A DNA stretch of 64,000 nucleotides from NCBI RefSeq assembly GCF_018977255.1, contig NW_024704743.1, forward strand, positions 55,988,001-56,052,000, given 5' to 3'. The position numbers and the translations under genes were made by a program. Positions 50,925-62,699 of this stretch are shown here, piece by piece; positions within the stretch are counted from its first letter, which is position 1; each line of letters begins with the position of its first letter. The stretch comes from Callorhinchus milii. Taxonomy: Eukaryota. The notes under the pieces were generated by a model. That model saw only the letters and a program-made list of their open reading frames with translations, did no database searches and was not told the origin of the DNA.

Positions 50925-52365
50925 AGGGATGGAGGGATGGAGTTCCAAAGGGTGGGATCAGAGAGGCTGAAGGCCCGACTACTGATGGGGGACGTGGAGC
51001 AGGCTGGAGCCTGCGGAGTAGGGGCATGGACAGATTGATATAGAGTTAGTAGGTCACAGAGATAGGATGAAGCAAGGCGCAGAGGGCAAGGATGAGGATT
51101 TTGACCTCCTCTAGGGATGAGAGCCAGTGGAGCAGGGTGAGGGTGAGTGTGGTAGGGTCACAGAGCCTGGTGCGACAGAAGACACGAGCTGCAGAGTTTT
51201 GGATAATCTGCAACTTTTGGAATGAAGAGTTGGGAAGATCGACAAGCAGGGAGTCGAGCCTAGGTGTAATAAATGCGTGGATAAAGGTTTCAACAGCCTG
51301 AGGGGAGAGGTAGTGTTGGAGCCAGACAATGTTGCAGAGGTGGGAGAAGGCAGAGCGGGTCATGGCATGGATGTGGGATAGAAAAGACAGTTGAGAGTCA
51401 AACAAGGTGGAGTGTGGATCCATGGATGGTGATGCTGCCAGTGCCCGAAGTGTGGAGGCACTGACGTGAGCCAATCAGGAGAGCTTCAGTCTTGCTGAAA
51501 TTCAACTGGAGAAAGTTAGCTCTCACCCAGGACTTGATGTTTGTCAGATATTCTATCGGGATAACAGTGGTCCTGGAGTCAAGGATGGAGGCAGAGAGAT
51601 GGGTGTCATCTGCATACATGTGGAAGTTGACCCCATGTCTGTGGATGATGTCACCAAGAGGGAGGGACAAGTTGAATTGGAAAGGACCAAGGACAGAGCC
51701 CTGAGAAACGTCGCATGAGACAGTGCAGGACCTGGAGGAGAAGCCGGTTGTGGAGACAAAATGGAGACTGCGTGAAAGGTAGGACCTGAACCAGTCAAGG
51801 ACACAACCATGAAGGTTGAGGTGAGAGGAAGGTAGAGTTGTCCACAGTGTCAAAGGTAGCAGAGAGGTCAAGGAGGATGAGGAGCAGAGGGAGCCCTGGT
51901 CACAGTTTGACAAAATGTTGTTTGTCACTTTAACCAAGGCTGTTTTAATGCTGTGGGCAGCATGGAAACCTGATTGGAGGAGTTTGTAAAGGGAGTGGTG
52001 GGATAGGAAGGAGCGAGGCTGGGAAGCAATGACTCATTCCAGGACTTTGAAAGGAAAAGAAGGTTGGAGATAGGGAAGTAATTTGAGAGCAGGGATGGAT
52101 CCAGAGAAGATTTTTTGAGGATGGTGGTGATGACTGCTGTTTTTAAGGGAGTGGGAATGGTGCCTGTGGATGATGTCTGTGATTAGAGGGGCAGGGAGAT
52201 GGAGGTGGTAGGTAAGGCGAGGTGGGGGGGATGGGGTCGAGGGAGCAGGTGATGGATTTCATATGGGTTATAATGGTAGTGAGAGAGGAGGGGAGACAGG
52301 TTCAAAGATGTAGAGGGAGGTAGTGGAAGGGGTTGGAGTGTGAGGGATGCAAGGATGGGACTGTG
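50925..52365 (-). mobile_element. L2 LINE RT region, defective
   Basis: [36 protein letters not shown]. Confidence 0.95.
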
Positions 52366-52979
52366 CATTCTATATAACTGTTAGTTTACCAATAAAATAC
52401 ATATTCATTACACTTTTGTAGTGAAGTACTTTGAGATGTAATCCCTGATGTGGTAAAGGGTAGAAACTCCTTCCCGTAAATTCAGCACAACAATGTGGTC
52501 TAGCTTGAGGTCAGATCGAAGATTTCTGCACCACCACTGTTCTTGCCACTCTTGGCCACCAATGTTTTTGCTGATTGCAGAATGGGCATCCCGTGCTAAT
52601 TTACGGGATTCCTATTTAACTCAGATATGAGTTAAGCCAGAATCCCATGACATGCCACTGAGAAACACATGGTTAGCAACAACTGGTGCAACAAAATTTT
52701 TTAAACCAGCTTTAGGTTCAACTATTTTGTCAAAGTTGGTGGGTGCGGGGATGTTACTTTAACAAAACATTTTTAGTAGTACATTGGAAAATGTGATTTT
52801 TTAACATTATCATACTGAATCTGTCAATTAACATCATAATCTTCACCCCATGGTTCCATGTAGTTTATAGTAGTCTATCATTTGTATTATATTAAATTAA
52901 TTATCTCTTTGGCTATAAATTTCAGGCAAGGACAGAAATGTTATGTAATTCACAGAACAGCAAAAGGGAAGATTTTTTT

Positions 52980-53245
52980 AACAACAACAAGATTCCATTT
53001 ATTGAGCGCCTTTCACGTCGGGAGGACGTCCCAAGGCGCTGTACAGTTGGATCAGGACCCGAGCAGGGGGGAAATGGTCAGCGTGAGGGGAGGGAAGGGA
53101 GGGAGCGAGGAGGGGGTAGAGAGTCGAGAGGGGAGCTGAAGGCACAGTCAAAGAGAAAGGTCTTGAGACCGGCCTTGAAGGAGGAAAGGGAGGAGGCAAG
53201 GCGAAGGCACTGGGGAACAGAGTTCCAGAGCCTAGGGGCACAATA
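52980..53245 (-). mobile_element. L2 3' end (young)
   Basis: APRLWNSVP..FKAGLKTFLFDCAF; intact stem-loop GGGACGTCCTCCCGACGTGAAAGGCGCT. Confidence 0.9.
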
Positions 53246-53375
53246 GGTTGTTAAACACACAGTGGGTTGTTAGGTTGTGCAATGTCTTGCCGGGAACAAT
53301 AGCTCAGGCAGAATCTATGTTCGCTTCAAGGAGGGAATAGCATAAATATCTGAAAAGGAGAAATGTAATACGTTT

Positions 53376-53699
53376 GTGGAATCCTGTAGCTCAGTAGTTA
53401 GAGCACTCGTTTTGCAAGTGAGAGACCTGAGTTCAATTCCAGGCAGAGGGCGAAACCTTGGGCAAGTTTCCTTACTCCACACACAGCCCTAATAATAATC
53501 CCTCCAAAACAAAAAAAAATAATAAATTGGTCATTTTCAATCTACGACTGTTTGTGGGACATTGCTGTGCGCAACTGGCTGTCGCGTTTGCCCACAAATA
53601 TACAGTCAATTCACTTTACAGTGTGTTCTGTGAAGCGCTTTCGGACGTCCCCCCGACGTGAAAAGCGCTGTATCAAATGCAAGGATTATTATTCTTATT
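53376..53699 (+). mobile_element. tRNA(Ala)-like SINE family B, short young form
   Basis: A-box TAGCTCAGTAG, anticodon arm CTCGT-TTTGCAA-GTGAG (TGC), B-box GTTCAATTCC, (ATT)n tail. Confidence 0.95.
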
Positions 53700-53724
53700 C
53701 CACTGCAAGCTGCTCATTGCTAAC

Positions 53725-55812
53725 CACAATGAGCGCCCCCCCCACCCCTCTGTGTACCTCTAGCCCCTCAGTCTCCTGGAGGCTGACAATGTCCTGCTAA
53801 ACCCACCACCTCTTGTCCCAGCGTGAGCATTTTGGCTGCCATCCCCGACCCGAGCTGGCTCTCCCTCAAAATGCCACCCTCCATGCAAATTTCCCATTCT
53901 GTCCTGCTTTCTCTCTGCCCTCCCCGCCTCCTATCTCTGCTAGATTCCCCCCCACTGCCTCCCTCTGCTCCAGCTTGGGAATCCTCCGCCGGGCTCATCG
54001 CGGCACTCGGCCCTGGCTGTCCATCAGCAGCCACACCAACTGCCCCATTCCCCACTACAGCCGCAAGTCACCCCGGACCCTGACCCCGGGGGCTAACCTC
54101 TCCTCCCTCATCTACATCCCCATCCTCCCTCCCAACCAACCCACTACCCCCTCCCATCCCACACATCCCCCTGCCAACTGTCCACTCCGCATTGAACTTC
54201 AAAATGGCAACTCCATCTCCATCAAGATCCTGGCCATCAATGAACTCATCCTCGATGAGAACATTGACATCATGGCATTAACGGAAACCTGGATCACCCC
54301 AGGTGACACCTTCCCCCACACTGAGGCCACACCAGCCGACTACATCTACCACCATGCCCTACGCCCCAACTGTCGTGGTGGTGGTGTGGCCCTCATACCC
54401 AGGGTGTCACTTGCCCTATCCCCCTACTCCACCGGCTCATTCGCCTCCTTCGAACACCTTACCTTCTGACATCCCTCCCACCTCTCTCTGAAAATTCTCT
54501 TACTTTACCGCCCCCCAAAATCCTCTCCCACCTTCATCTCTGACATCTCCACCCTCTGCCTCTCCTCCGACCGCCTCATCATCCTAGGCGACTTCAACCT
54601 CCACTTCACCCCCTCCTGCTCCACCTCTTCAGACTTCTCTTCTCCTCTCTCAACCTCTCCCTCCACATCCACTCTGCTACCCACACCCATGGACACCCGC
54701 TCGACCTGATGATCACCCGGGGCCTCAGCATCTCGGATGTCACCATCACTGACAAATCTCTGACCACCATTTCATCTCCCTCAACTCCCATATCCCTCTC
54801 CCCACTGCCTCCAAACCTACCACCATGTTCTACCACTCATGGAAGAAGATCTCCCAGTAATCCTTTCCGCTGCACTGGAGTGCTCTGAACTCCTCCCCCT
54901 CTGGCCCACCTCTCGCAACAACACACTCACTACACTCACTCTTCTTCACAGCACTCTCTTCACCACGCTCGACGTCCTTGATCCCCTCCCCTACCGAACT
55001 GCCTCCTATTCCCAACCCTCACCCTGGTTCTCCAGCCATCTCCGCTCGCTTAAGGGCCGGGTGCGGGCTGCCGAACGCTCTTGGCTCAAATCTGGCCTAA
55101 CGATCCACTGCCATATCTGGCTGGACCTCATCCCGCTCCGCTCTCGCCTCAGCCAAATCATCCTTCTATCCTGGAGGCGAAGATTAATCCCAGGCTCCTC
55201 TTCTCCACCACCAACCGGCTCCTCCGCCCTCCCCGCCACGCCTCGCAGATATTTTCCTCTGACTCTCACTGCGAGAAAATGCTGGACTTCCTCGAGTCCA
55301 AAATTAAGGGAATCTGTTGAGCTGCCACTGCCCTCCCAATTTCCATCCCCTCCCTACCCCCACCCTTCACAATTACTCATCCGACAATTACCCATCCTCC
55401 TTCCACACCTTCGAACCTGTCACCCCCTCCTCTGTCTTCAACACGGTAACCTCCATGAAGCCCACTGCCTGCTCCCTCGAACCCATCCCCACCTCTCTCC
55501 TTAAATCCCTGCTCCACGTCCCCCATCTGGCCTGCCCCACCATCGGCCATCGGGCCTTCAGCCTCTCTGCCTTCACGCTTTGGAACTCCATCCCCCAGTC
55601 CCTTCACCTTGCTCCCTCCGTTGCCTCCTTCAAGGCATGTCTCAAAACCCTCCTCTTCGACTATGCCCTCGGCCACCCTCCCACCCTTGCCCTCTCTGCC
55701 CACCACCCTTCCTGATCCCAACCCGCTGCCTGTGTTCAACTCTCGGACTGTCCAGCGCCTTGGGACATCCTTACAACATGAAAGGCACTGTACAAATGCA
55801 ATTTGTTGTTTT
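53725..55812 (+). mobile_element. L2 with APE endonuclease and linker, RT deleted, 3' tail intact
   Basis: IMALTETW, RGGGVAL, YRPP, ILGDFNLH, PTHTHGHPLDL; jumps at ~55510 from SLEPIPTSLLK to TIGHRAFS..LWNSIP. Confidence 0.92.
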
Positions 55813-55881
55813 TAGTCTCACTTTCTAAGTCCATTTTATCTAAAAATGTAAGATCCCATAGATTTGTGAGCAATTATTAAA

Positions 55882-56235
55882 CAACAACTTGGATTCATAC
55901 AGTGCCGCTCACGCAGCATAACATCTCAGAATGCTTGACAGTGGCGAAGCCTTACATTTGAGCGAGGGTAATGGGGTTACCGTATACATGATCAAAGAAG
56001 AAGGTCTTCAGGCCTGAACATGGGGAAGGAGAGAGCAAGGTGGAGAGATTGAGGGCGAGTGTATCAGAGTTTTTCTTTGACTGTGCCTTCAGCTCCCCTC
56101 TCGACTCTCTACCCCCTCCTCGCTCCCTCCCTTCCAGGGGAAGGGACAAGAGATAAGCAGGAGGCCAGAGCCAGCCAAATGGAAGCGGCGGGTGGTGAAA
56201 TGGGGAGCAAGCAGGTCAGACAGGTAGGGAGGTGC
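55882..56235 (-). mobile_element. Old L2 3' end carrying a 62-bp inverted insert
   Basis: rc LKTFFFDHVYG and (GTT)n tail; insert at 56074-56135. Confidence 0.75.
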
Positions 56236-56389
56236 TAGAGTATGAAGGACTAAAAGAGAGGAGCAGAGGATCCAACAGCGTGAGGATGGAATTGATCGAA
56301 TCGGAGAATTCTGTTAGGGAATTAGGTAAGAGTGGGAATTCGGTGCAGAGGGGGAAAGAGGTGCAAGTGAGAAATTGTTTTGATAACCT

Positions 56390-56718
56390 TAATAATAATA
56401 ATAATAATAATCCTTGCATTTGATATAGCGCTTTTCACGTCGGGAGGACGTCCCAAAGCGCTTCACAGAACACACTGTAAAGTGAATTGACTCTATATAT
56501 GTGGGCGAACGCGGCAGCCAATTGCGCACAGCAATGTCCCACAAACAATCGTAGATTGAAAATGACCAATTTAATTATTGTTTTTTGTTTTTTTGGAGTG
56601 ATTATTATTAGGCGTGTGGAGTAAGGAAACTTGCCCAAGGTTTCGCCCTGCCTGGAATTGAACTCAGATCTCTCACTTGCAAAACGAGTGCTCTAACCAC
56701 TGAGCTACAGAATTCCAC
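56390..56718 (-). mobile_element. SINE family B, short young form
   Basis: Close reverse complement of 53376-53699; (AAT)7 tail. Confidence 0.95.
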
Positions 56719-57060
56719 GACCTTGTAAAGGAGAAACAGAACCAGCGAGAGAGCTCAGTGCGGGAGCCTTTTCGGGGCCTGCAGGAGATCGGAGAGCGAA
56801 GTCAGGTGTAGACAACGGGAATTTTGTTGGTCTAGACACAGGGGCGCCTAGACTAAGGGTATTATTCCTGGGAAGTAGGTGTTAAGAAGGTGTTAAGTAT
56901 TAAGGTGTGTGAGCAAGGGACAAAAGGTGTGAAACAACTTGTTTACTTATATACCATAAAATTGTTAACAGTAAAATAGATTAAGGGAAAAATAACTAAA
57001 AACAAATAAAAGGCAAAGTTAAACCTTGCAAATTTAAAAAAATATATAAATAATTCTAAA

Positions 57061-58850
57061 CAGCACAGAAACAGCCCTGGTCATAGTGACAGATGACATT
57101 CTGCCCATCTGTAACCAGGGCTCTCTCTAGCTCCTCGTCCTCCTTGACTTTTCTGCCGCCATTGACACCGTTGACAACTCTATCCTCATCCACCGCCTCT
57201 CCTCTCACCTCAACCTTCATAGTTCTGTCCTTGAATGGTTCAGATCATACCTATAACACTGTCTCCCCTTCATCTCCACAAATGGCTTCTCCTCTAGCCC
57301 CTGCACCATCTTGTGCGCTGTTCCTCAGGACTTTGTTCTTGGTCCCTTCCTCTTCAACATCTATATGCTCCCTCTTGGTGACATCATCCGCAGACATGGG
57401 GTCAACTTCCACATGTATGTGGATGACACTCAACTGTACCTCTCTGCCTCCACCCTTGGCTCCAGGACCACTGCTGTCCTGACAGAATGTTTGTCAGATA
57501 TCAAGTGCTGGATGAGAAATAACTTTCTACAGTTGAACGTCAACAAGACCGAAGCCCTTCTGATTGGCTCCAGTCAACGCCTCCTCACCTCAGACGCTGA
57601 CAGCATCACCATCCATGGATGCACATTCCACCTTCCTAAGCCAGTCCGGAACTTGGGGTCTTCTTTGACCCTCAACTATCCTTTCTATCCCACATTTGTG
57701 CCATGACTCGCTCTGCCTTAATAAGTTATTAATATGTAATAAGTTATCTTTTGCCCACAAAATATATAGTCAATTCACTTTAGAGTATATTCTGTGAGGC
57801 GCATTGAGATGTCTGTAAAATGTGATGAGGTGCTATATCAAATGCAAGGATTATTATGATTATTTTTATTTTTTTGCTAATTTCTTTTCAATATTTAGCA
57901 ATAGTTATGAGAGTACAACATTTAAAGAAATTCAAGTATATTCACCAAGATTTCTCAACAACGCATTTTTACAATACATCCATGACCTACTCTGCCTTCC
58001 CCCACCTCCGAAACATCGCTCGATTCCGCCACTGTCTCACATCACCGAGACCCTCAAACACGCATTCATAACATCCAGGCTTGACTATGCAAACTCCCTG
58101 CTTGTTGGCCTCTCCAATTCTTCCCTCCACAGGCAGTAAATCATCCAGAAATTTGCAGCCTGTATCCTCTCCTGCACCAGCCTCCACGACCCTATCACCC
58201 CCAACCTCGCCCAACTATAATAATAATAATCCTTGCATTTGATATAGTGCTTTTCACGTCTTCTAGACATCTCAAATCGCTTCACAGAATATGCTGTAAA
58301 GTGAATTGACTGTATATTTGTGGGCGAAACACGGCAGCCAATTGCACACAGCAGTGTCCCACAAACAGTCGTGGACTGAAAATGACCAATTTATTATTGT
58401 TTTTGTTTTGGAGGGACTCCATTGGCTTCTCATCACTCAGAGGATACAGTTCAAGATTCTGGTCCTCACTATCAAAGTCCTCCATGGCCTTGCTCCTCCC
58501 TACCTCTGTGACCTTTACCATCCTGCCCGCTCCTTCCAGTCAGCAGGTTCCAGTCTGCTTCACATCCTCAGCCTCGCACACCCCACCATTGGTGGTGGAC
58601 CTTCTGCCACTCTACCCCTACCTTCTGGAATTCCATCCCGCAGGCCCTCCACCTTGCCCGCTCCCTTGCCTCCTTCAAGACCCATCTCAAAACCTCCTCT
58701 TCGACCGTGCTTTTGATTTCCCTGCTTCACCTCCCACCCCACCCTCCCGAATCCCGAACCCCCCAGCTTGGGTCCAAAACACTGACTGTCCAGCACCTTG
58801 GGATGACCTCCCAACGTGAAAGGCGCTATACAAGGTAATTTTGCTGTAAG
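57061..58850 (+). mobile_element. L2 RT-to-3' fragment inside CR1, itself split by SINE pieces (57750-57870 +, 58217-58412 -)
   Basis: [41 protein letters not shown], 3' stem-loop. Confidence 0.95.
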
Positions 58851-59844
58851 TGGACTACAAGCTAGAAAGGGATACTGGCAATACAGGTAGTTTGTCAAAG
58901 CTGCAGTATGTGGGAATTTGTGGACAGTAAGACTGTCCTTGATGGTCACATCTGTGAGAAGTGCAAGTGAGTTGAGTAACCACACCAGATAGAGAGGTAC
59001 AGGAAGAGGATTGTGAGATTGATAGCTAGCAGGGTAGCATTTATTTAGTAGAGGCAGAGAAATAGGCACTGGTCCTGTCCAACAGCTGCAATGTACTTGC
59101 TACATTGGATGAGGGAGAAGTTTGTGGGGAAGGAGGCTTGAATGCAAACCAAAGCACCATAGAGCAGAAGGCAGTGCAAGCAGAAGAGTAACAGAATAGA
59201 AACATTGTAGTTATAGGGGATTAAATAATTAAGGGGATCGAGGGTATCCTCTACAGTTGAGATTGAGAGTCCAGGTAGGTTTGTTGCCTTCCTAGTACCA
59301 GGGTTAGGGATATTTCAAAGCAGCTGGAAAGGAACTTGGAAAGGGAGGGGAAAGAACCAGTTGTCATTATACATGCGGCAACCGATGACACAGGAAAGAG
59401 CAAGGGGGTCCTGCTAAGGGAGTATCAAGAGCTCGGGCTAAATTCAAAAACAGGACCTCGGAGGTGGTGAGCTCCAGATTGCTACCCGAGCCGTGTGCAA
59501 ATTGGCATAGAGATAAAAAGATCAGGGAAATGAATGTGTGGCTGAAAGTATGGTGTGAGAAGGACGGGTTCCATTTCATGGAACACTTGCACCAGTACTG
59601 GGAACGGAATGAGCTGTACTGCTGGGATGGCTGCACCTGAACAGGGCTGGAACCAAGGTACAAAGATAAATAGGAGTGTAGAAAACACTTTAAACCAGTA
59701 AGGGTGGTGGGTGGGAGGAGTGGTCGGCTGGAAACAATAACCAAGACATAAGTCAAGGAGAGGATGAAAACAACGGTCAGAATACAAATAGTGATAAAGA
59801 TAACAAATAATACAGGAAAAAAAGGTAAGAGGAAGTTATCACAA

Positions 59845-60226
59845 AACAACAACAATTTGGATTTATATAGCGCCCTCCATGCTGGTTGGCATCTCAGAGC
59901 GCTTCACAGTAATGGATCCTGGGGCCGAGCCAGGGGGAGGAAGATGACTAAAGGCGTGGTCGAAAACAAAGGTCTTCGGCCGAGACCTGAAAATAGGAAG
60001 AGAGGGGGAGAGGCGAAGGGAGTGAGGAAGGGAATTCCAGAGCCTCGGAGCATAGTGGCTGAAGGCACAGCCGCTGATGATGGAGCGGAGGATTCGGGGG
60101 ACAAGGAGGAGGCCAGACTCGTAGGAGCGAAGGGAACAGGCATGGTTGTGAGGAGTGAGATGGTCAGAGAGGTAGGGGGATGCAGAGGAATGGAGGGCTT
60201 TGAAGATAAGAGTGAGGATCTTGAAA
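59845..60226 (-). mobile_element. L2 3' end inserted in CR1
   Basis: rc FKILTLIFKALH..LWNSLP; (GTT)n tail. Confidence 0.9.
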
Positions 60227-62699
60227 TCGAAAGATGTAACAAGTCAAAAAGTGTGAGAATAACATTGTTAGGGTGTAAAGGCATGCTGGGGACAGCTACT
60301 CAAATAAGAATTATATATACAAATGGATGCAACATAAGAAATAAAACAAGTGAGTTAGAAGCACAAATTCAGCTTAAAGGGTAAGAAGTAGAGGAAAAGC
60401 TCCAATCGTATAGTTAAGCAACGATGGTGGACAAAGGAGGTTAGAGACTGTATCAAGCTAACAGAAAAGGCTTACCCAAATGCAAGGAAAAGTGGGAATG
60501 CAGAGGACTGGGAGAACTACAAAAGGCAACAAAGGAATACAAAGAAAGTAATAAGAGGAGCAAAAAGGGAGTATGACAAACAACTTGCAAGGGATATTAA
60601 AACCAATTGTAAAAGCTTTTATAAATATATTAAGAGAAAGAGAATGGTCAAGGGGAATGTGGGTCTATTAAAGACAGATGTAAGTGAGACTACAATGGAA
60701 AATACAAAAATGGCTGATTTGTTAAATAAATATTTTGCTACTGTTTTTACAGGAGAAAATTAGGACAAAATACTAGCCATACAAGGGAACCTGAAATAAG
60801 TCAAAGAGAAATCTTAATAAGATTAATACAAATAAAAAAATGGTAATGGAGAAAATAATGAGACTCAAGATAGATAAATCTCTAAGACTTGTTAGTTTCC
60901 ACCCCAGGATGTTAAAGGAAATAGGAGAAGAAATTGCAGATGCATTCATCATAATTTTCCAAGCTCACTAGTTTCGGGAATTGTGTCCTTAGATTGGAAA
61001 ATTGCAAATGTCACCACTTTATTTAAAAAGGGAGGGAGGGAGAAACCAGGAAACTACAGACCTGTAGCTTGACGTCAGTTGTAGGGAAAATACTGGAATC
61101 CATCATCAGGGAAAGAGTGACTGAACACTTGGACAAGTACGAGCTAGTCAAAGAGAGTCAGCATAGGTTTATGAAGGGTAAGTCGTGTCTGACTAATCTA
61201 GTTGGAGGTAACCTTGTGACGTGGCTTGGTAATTGTTTGGGAGGCAGGAAATAGAGAGTAGGGATAAAGGGAATGTTCTCTGATTGGCAGGACATGACAA
61301 GTGTTTGCCCCCCAGGGCTCTGTACTGGGACTCCATCTATTCACCATATATATATGACTTGGATGAAGGAATAGAAAGTTTTATATCCAAGTTTGCAGAC
61401 AACACTAAGATAAGTTGTGTAGATGGGACTGGGAAGTTACAAAAGAACTTAGACAGATTAAGTGAGTGGGCAAACCTGTGGCAGATGGAGTTCAATGTAA
61501 GGAAGTGTGAGGTCAATCACTATAGACCGAAAAAAGATAAAGCGGAATATTTTCTTCAAGGGGAGAAATTAAGAAATGTGGAGGAGCAAAGAGATTTGGG
61601 TGTCCTTATCCAAAAATCACTAAAACCTAGTTCCAGGTGCAAAAAGTAATCAAAAGGTGAATGGAATGTTGGTCTTTACCTCAAGGGGCCTGGAATACAA
61701 AGGGGAAGAAATGAAACTTCAGCTGTATACAGCGGTAGTCAGACCCCATCTGCAGTACTGCATTCAGTTTTGGGCACCACATCTCAGGAAAGATATATTG
61801 GCCCTGAAGGGGGTGCAGTGCACCAGAATGTTACCAGGCCTAAAAGGGTTAAGTTATGAGGAAAGACTGCATAAACTTGGATTGTATTGCCTTGAGATTA
61901 GAAGATTGAGGGGTGATTTGAATGAGGTATTTTAGATGATAAAATTTTCGCCCACAAATATACAATCAATTCACTTTACAGTATATTCTGTGAAGCGCTT
62001 TGAGACGTCTAGAAGACGTAAAAAGCACGATATCAAATGCAAGGATTATTATTATTATAAAGGAATTCGATAGGGTAGATAAGGAGAAGTTATTTTCTCT
62101 GGTGGGAGAATCCAAAACAAAGGGGCATAGTTTTAAAATTAAAACCAGGCCATTTAAGAGTGAAATCAGGAAACATTTTTTCACTCAAGGGTGGTAGAAA
62201 TCTGGAATTCTCTCCCCCAAAAGGCCGTCCACACCTTCAAGAGTCAGGTTGATAGATTGTTGGAAGGTCAGGGTATTAAGGGATATGGGGAGAAAGCGGG
62301 AAATTGGAATTGAAAGGATTAATTGAGGTACAGATCAGGCATGATGTAATTAAATGGCGGAACATGCTCGAAGGGCTGAATAGCCTACTCCTGTTCCTAA
62401 AAGGGTCAATGCGATCTGCCATATCAAAAAGATATAACCAGAGGTACAGAAGAAATGCAAAGATCTGGAAAGGATAGCCAAGGTACAGTTTTAACACAGG
62501 ACAGAGAAGGAATAAGGAGTAAAGGGAGAGGGAGGAAGTTTAAGAGATTAGCTCTGTAGAACATGAGGTGGAAGAGAATAGAGGGGTATGAGAGAGGAGG
62601 TTTGGATGGGTGAAAGCTCATGTGAAGTATGAACACCAACACAGATTATTTAGGCTAATGGCTGGTTTGAGAACAAAAAGATGGCTGGCACATCCCAAG

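Larger units (their letters stand above)
56240..62400 (+). mobile_element. Near-full-length CR1 (probable 5'UTR, ORF1 zinc finger and SGNH esterase, ORF2), fragmented by nested insertions
   Basis: CQSCSMWE..HICEKC 58887-58964; VVIGD, VCCLP, LHLNRAG 59200-59650; IYTNGCNIRNK ~60310; DWKIANVT, NYRPV, SKFADNTK, RPHLQYCIQFWAP, FFTQ; 3' motif ~62370. Confidence 0.9.

Noticed and set aside
53376..53450. tRNA-Ala(TGC) gene
   Set aside because: No proper acceptor stem, continues into a SINE body, and is multi-copy; it is a SINE head.
53813..54469. 218-aa ORF as a host AP endonuclease
   Set aside because: L2 APE domain; an in-frame stop and frameshifts interrupt the catalytic half.
59764..60384. 206-aa plus-strand ORF
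   Set aside because: Chimera of CR1 spacer, antisense L2 tail and the CR1 endonuclease start.
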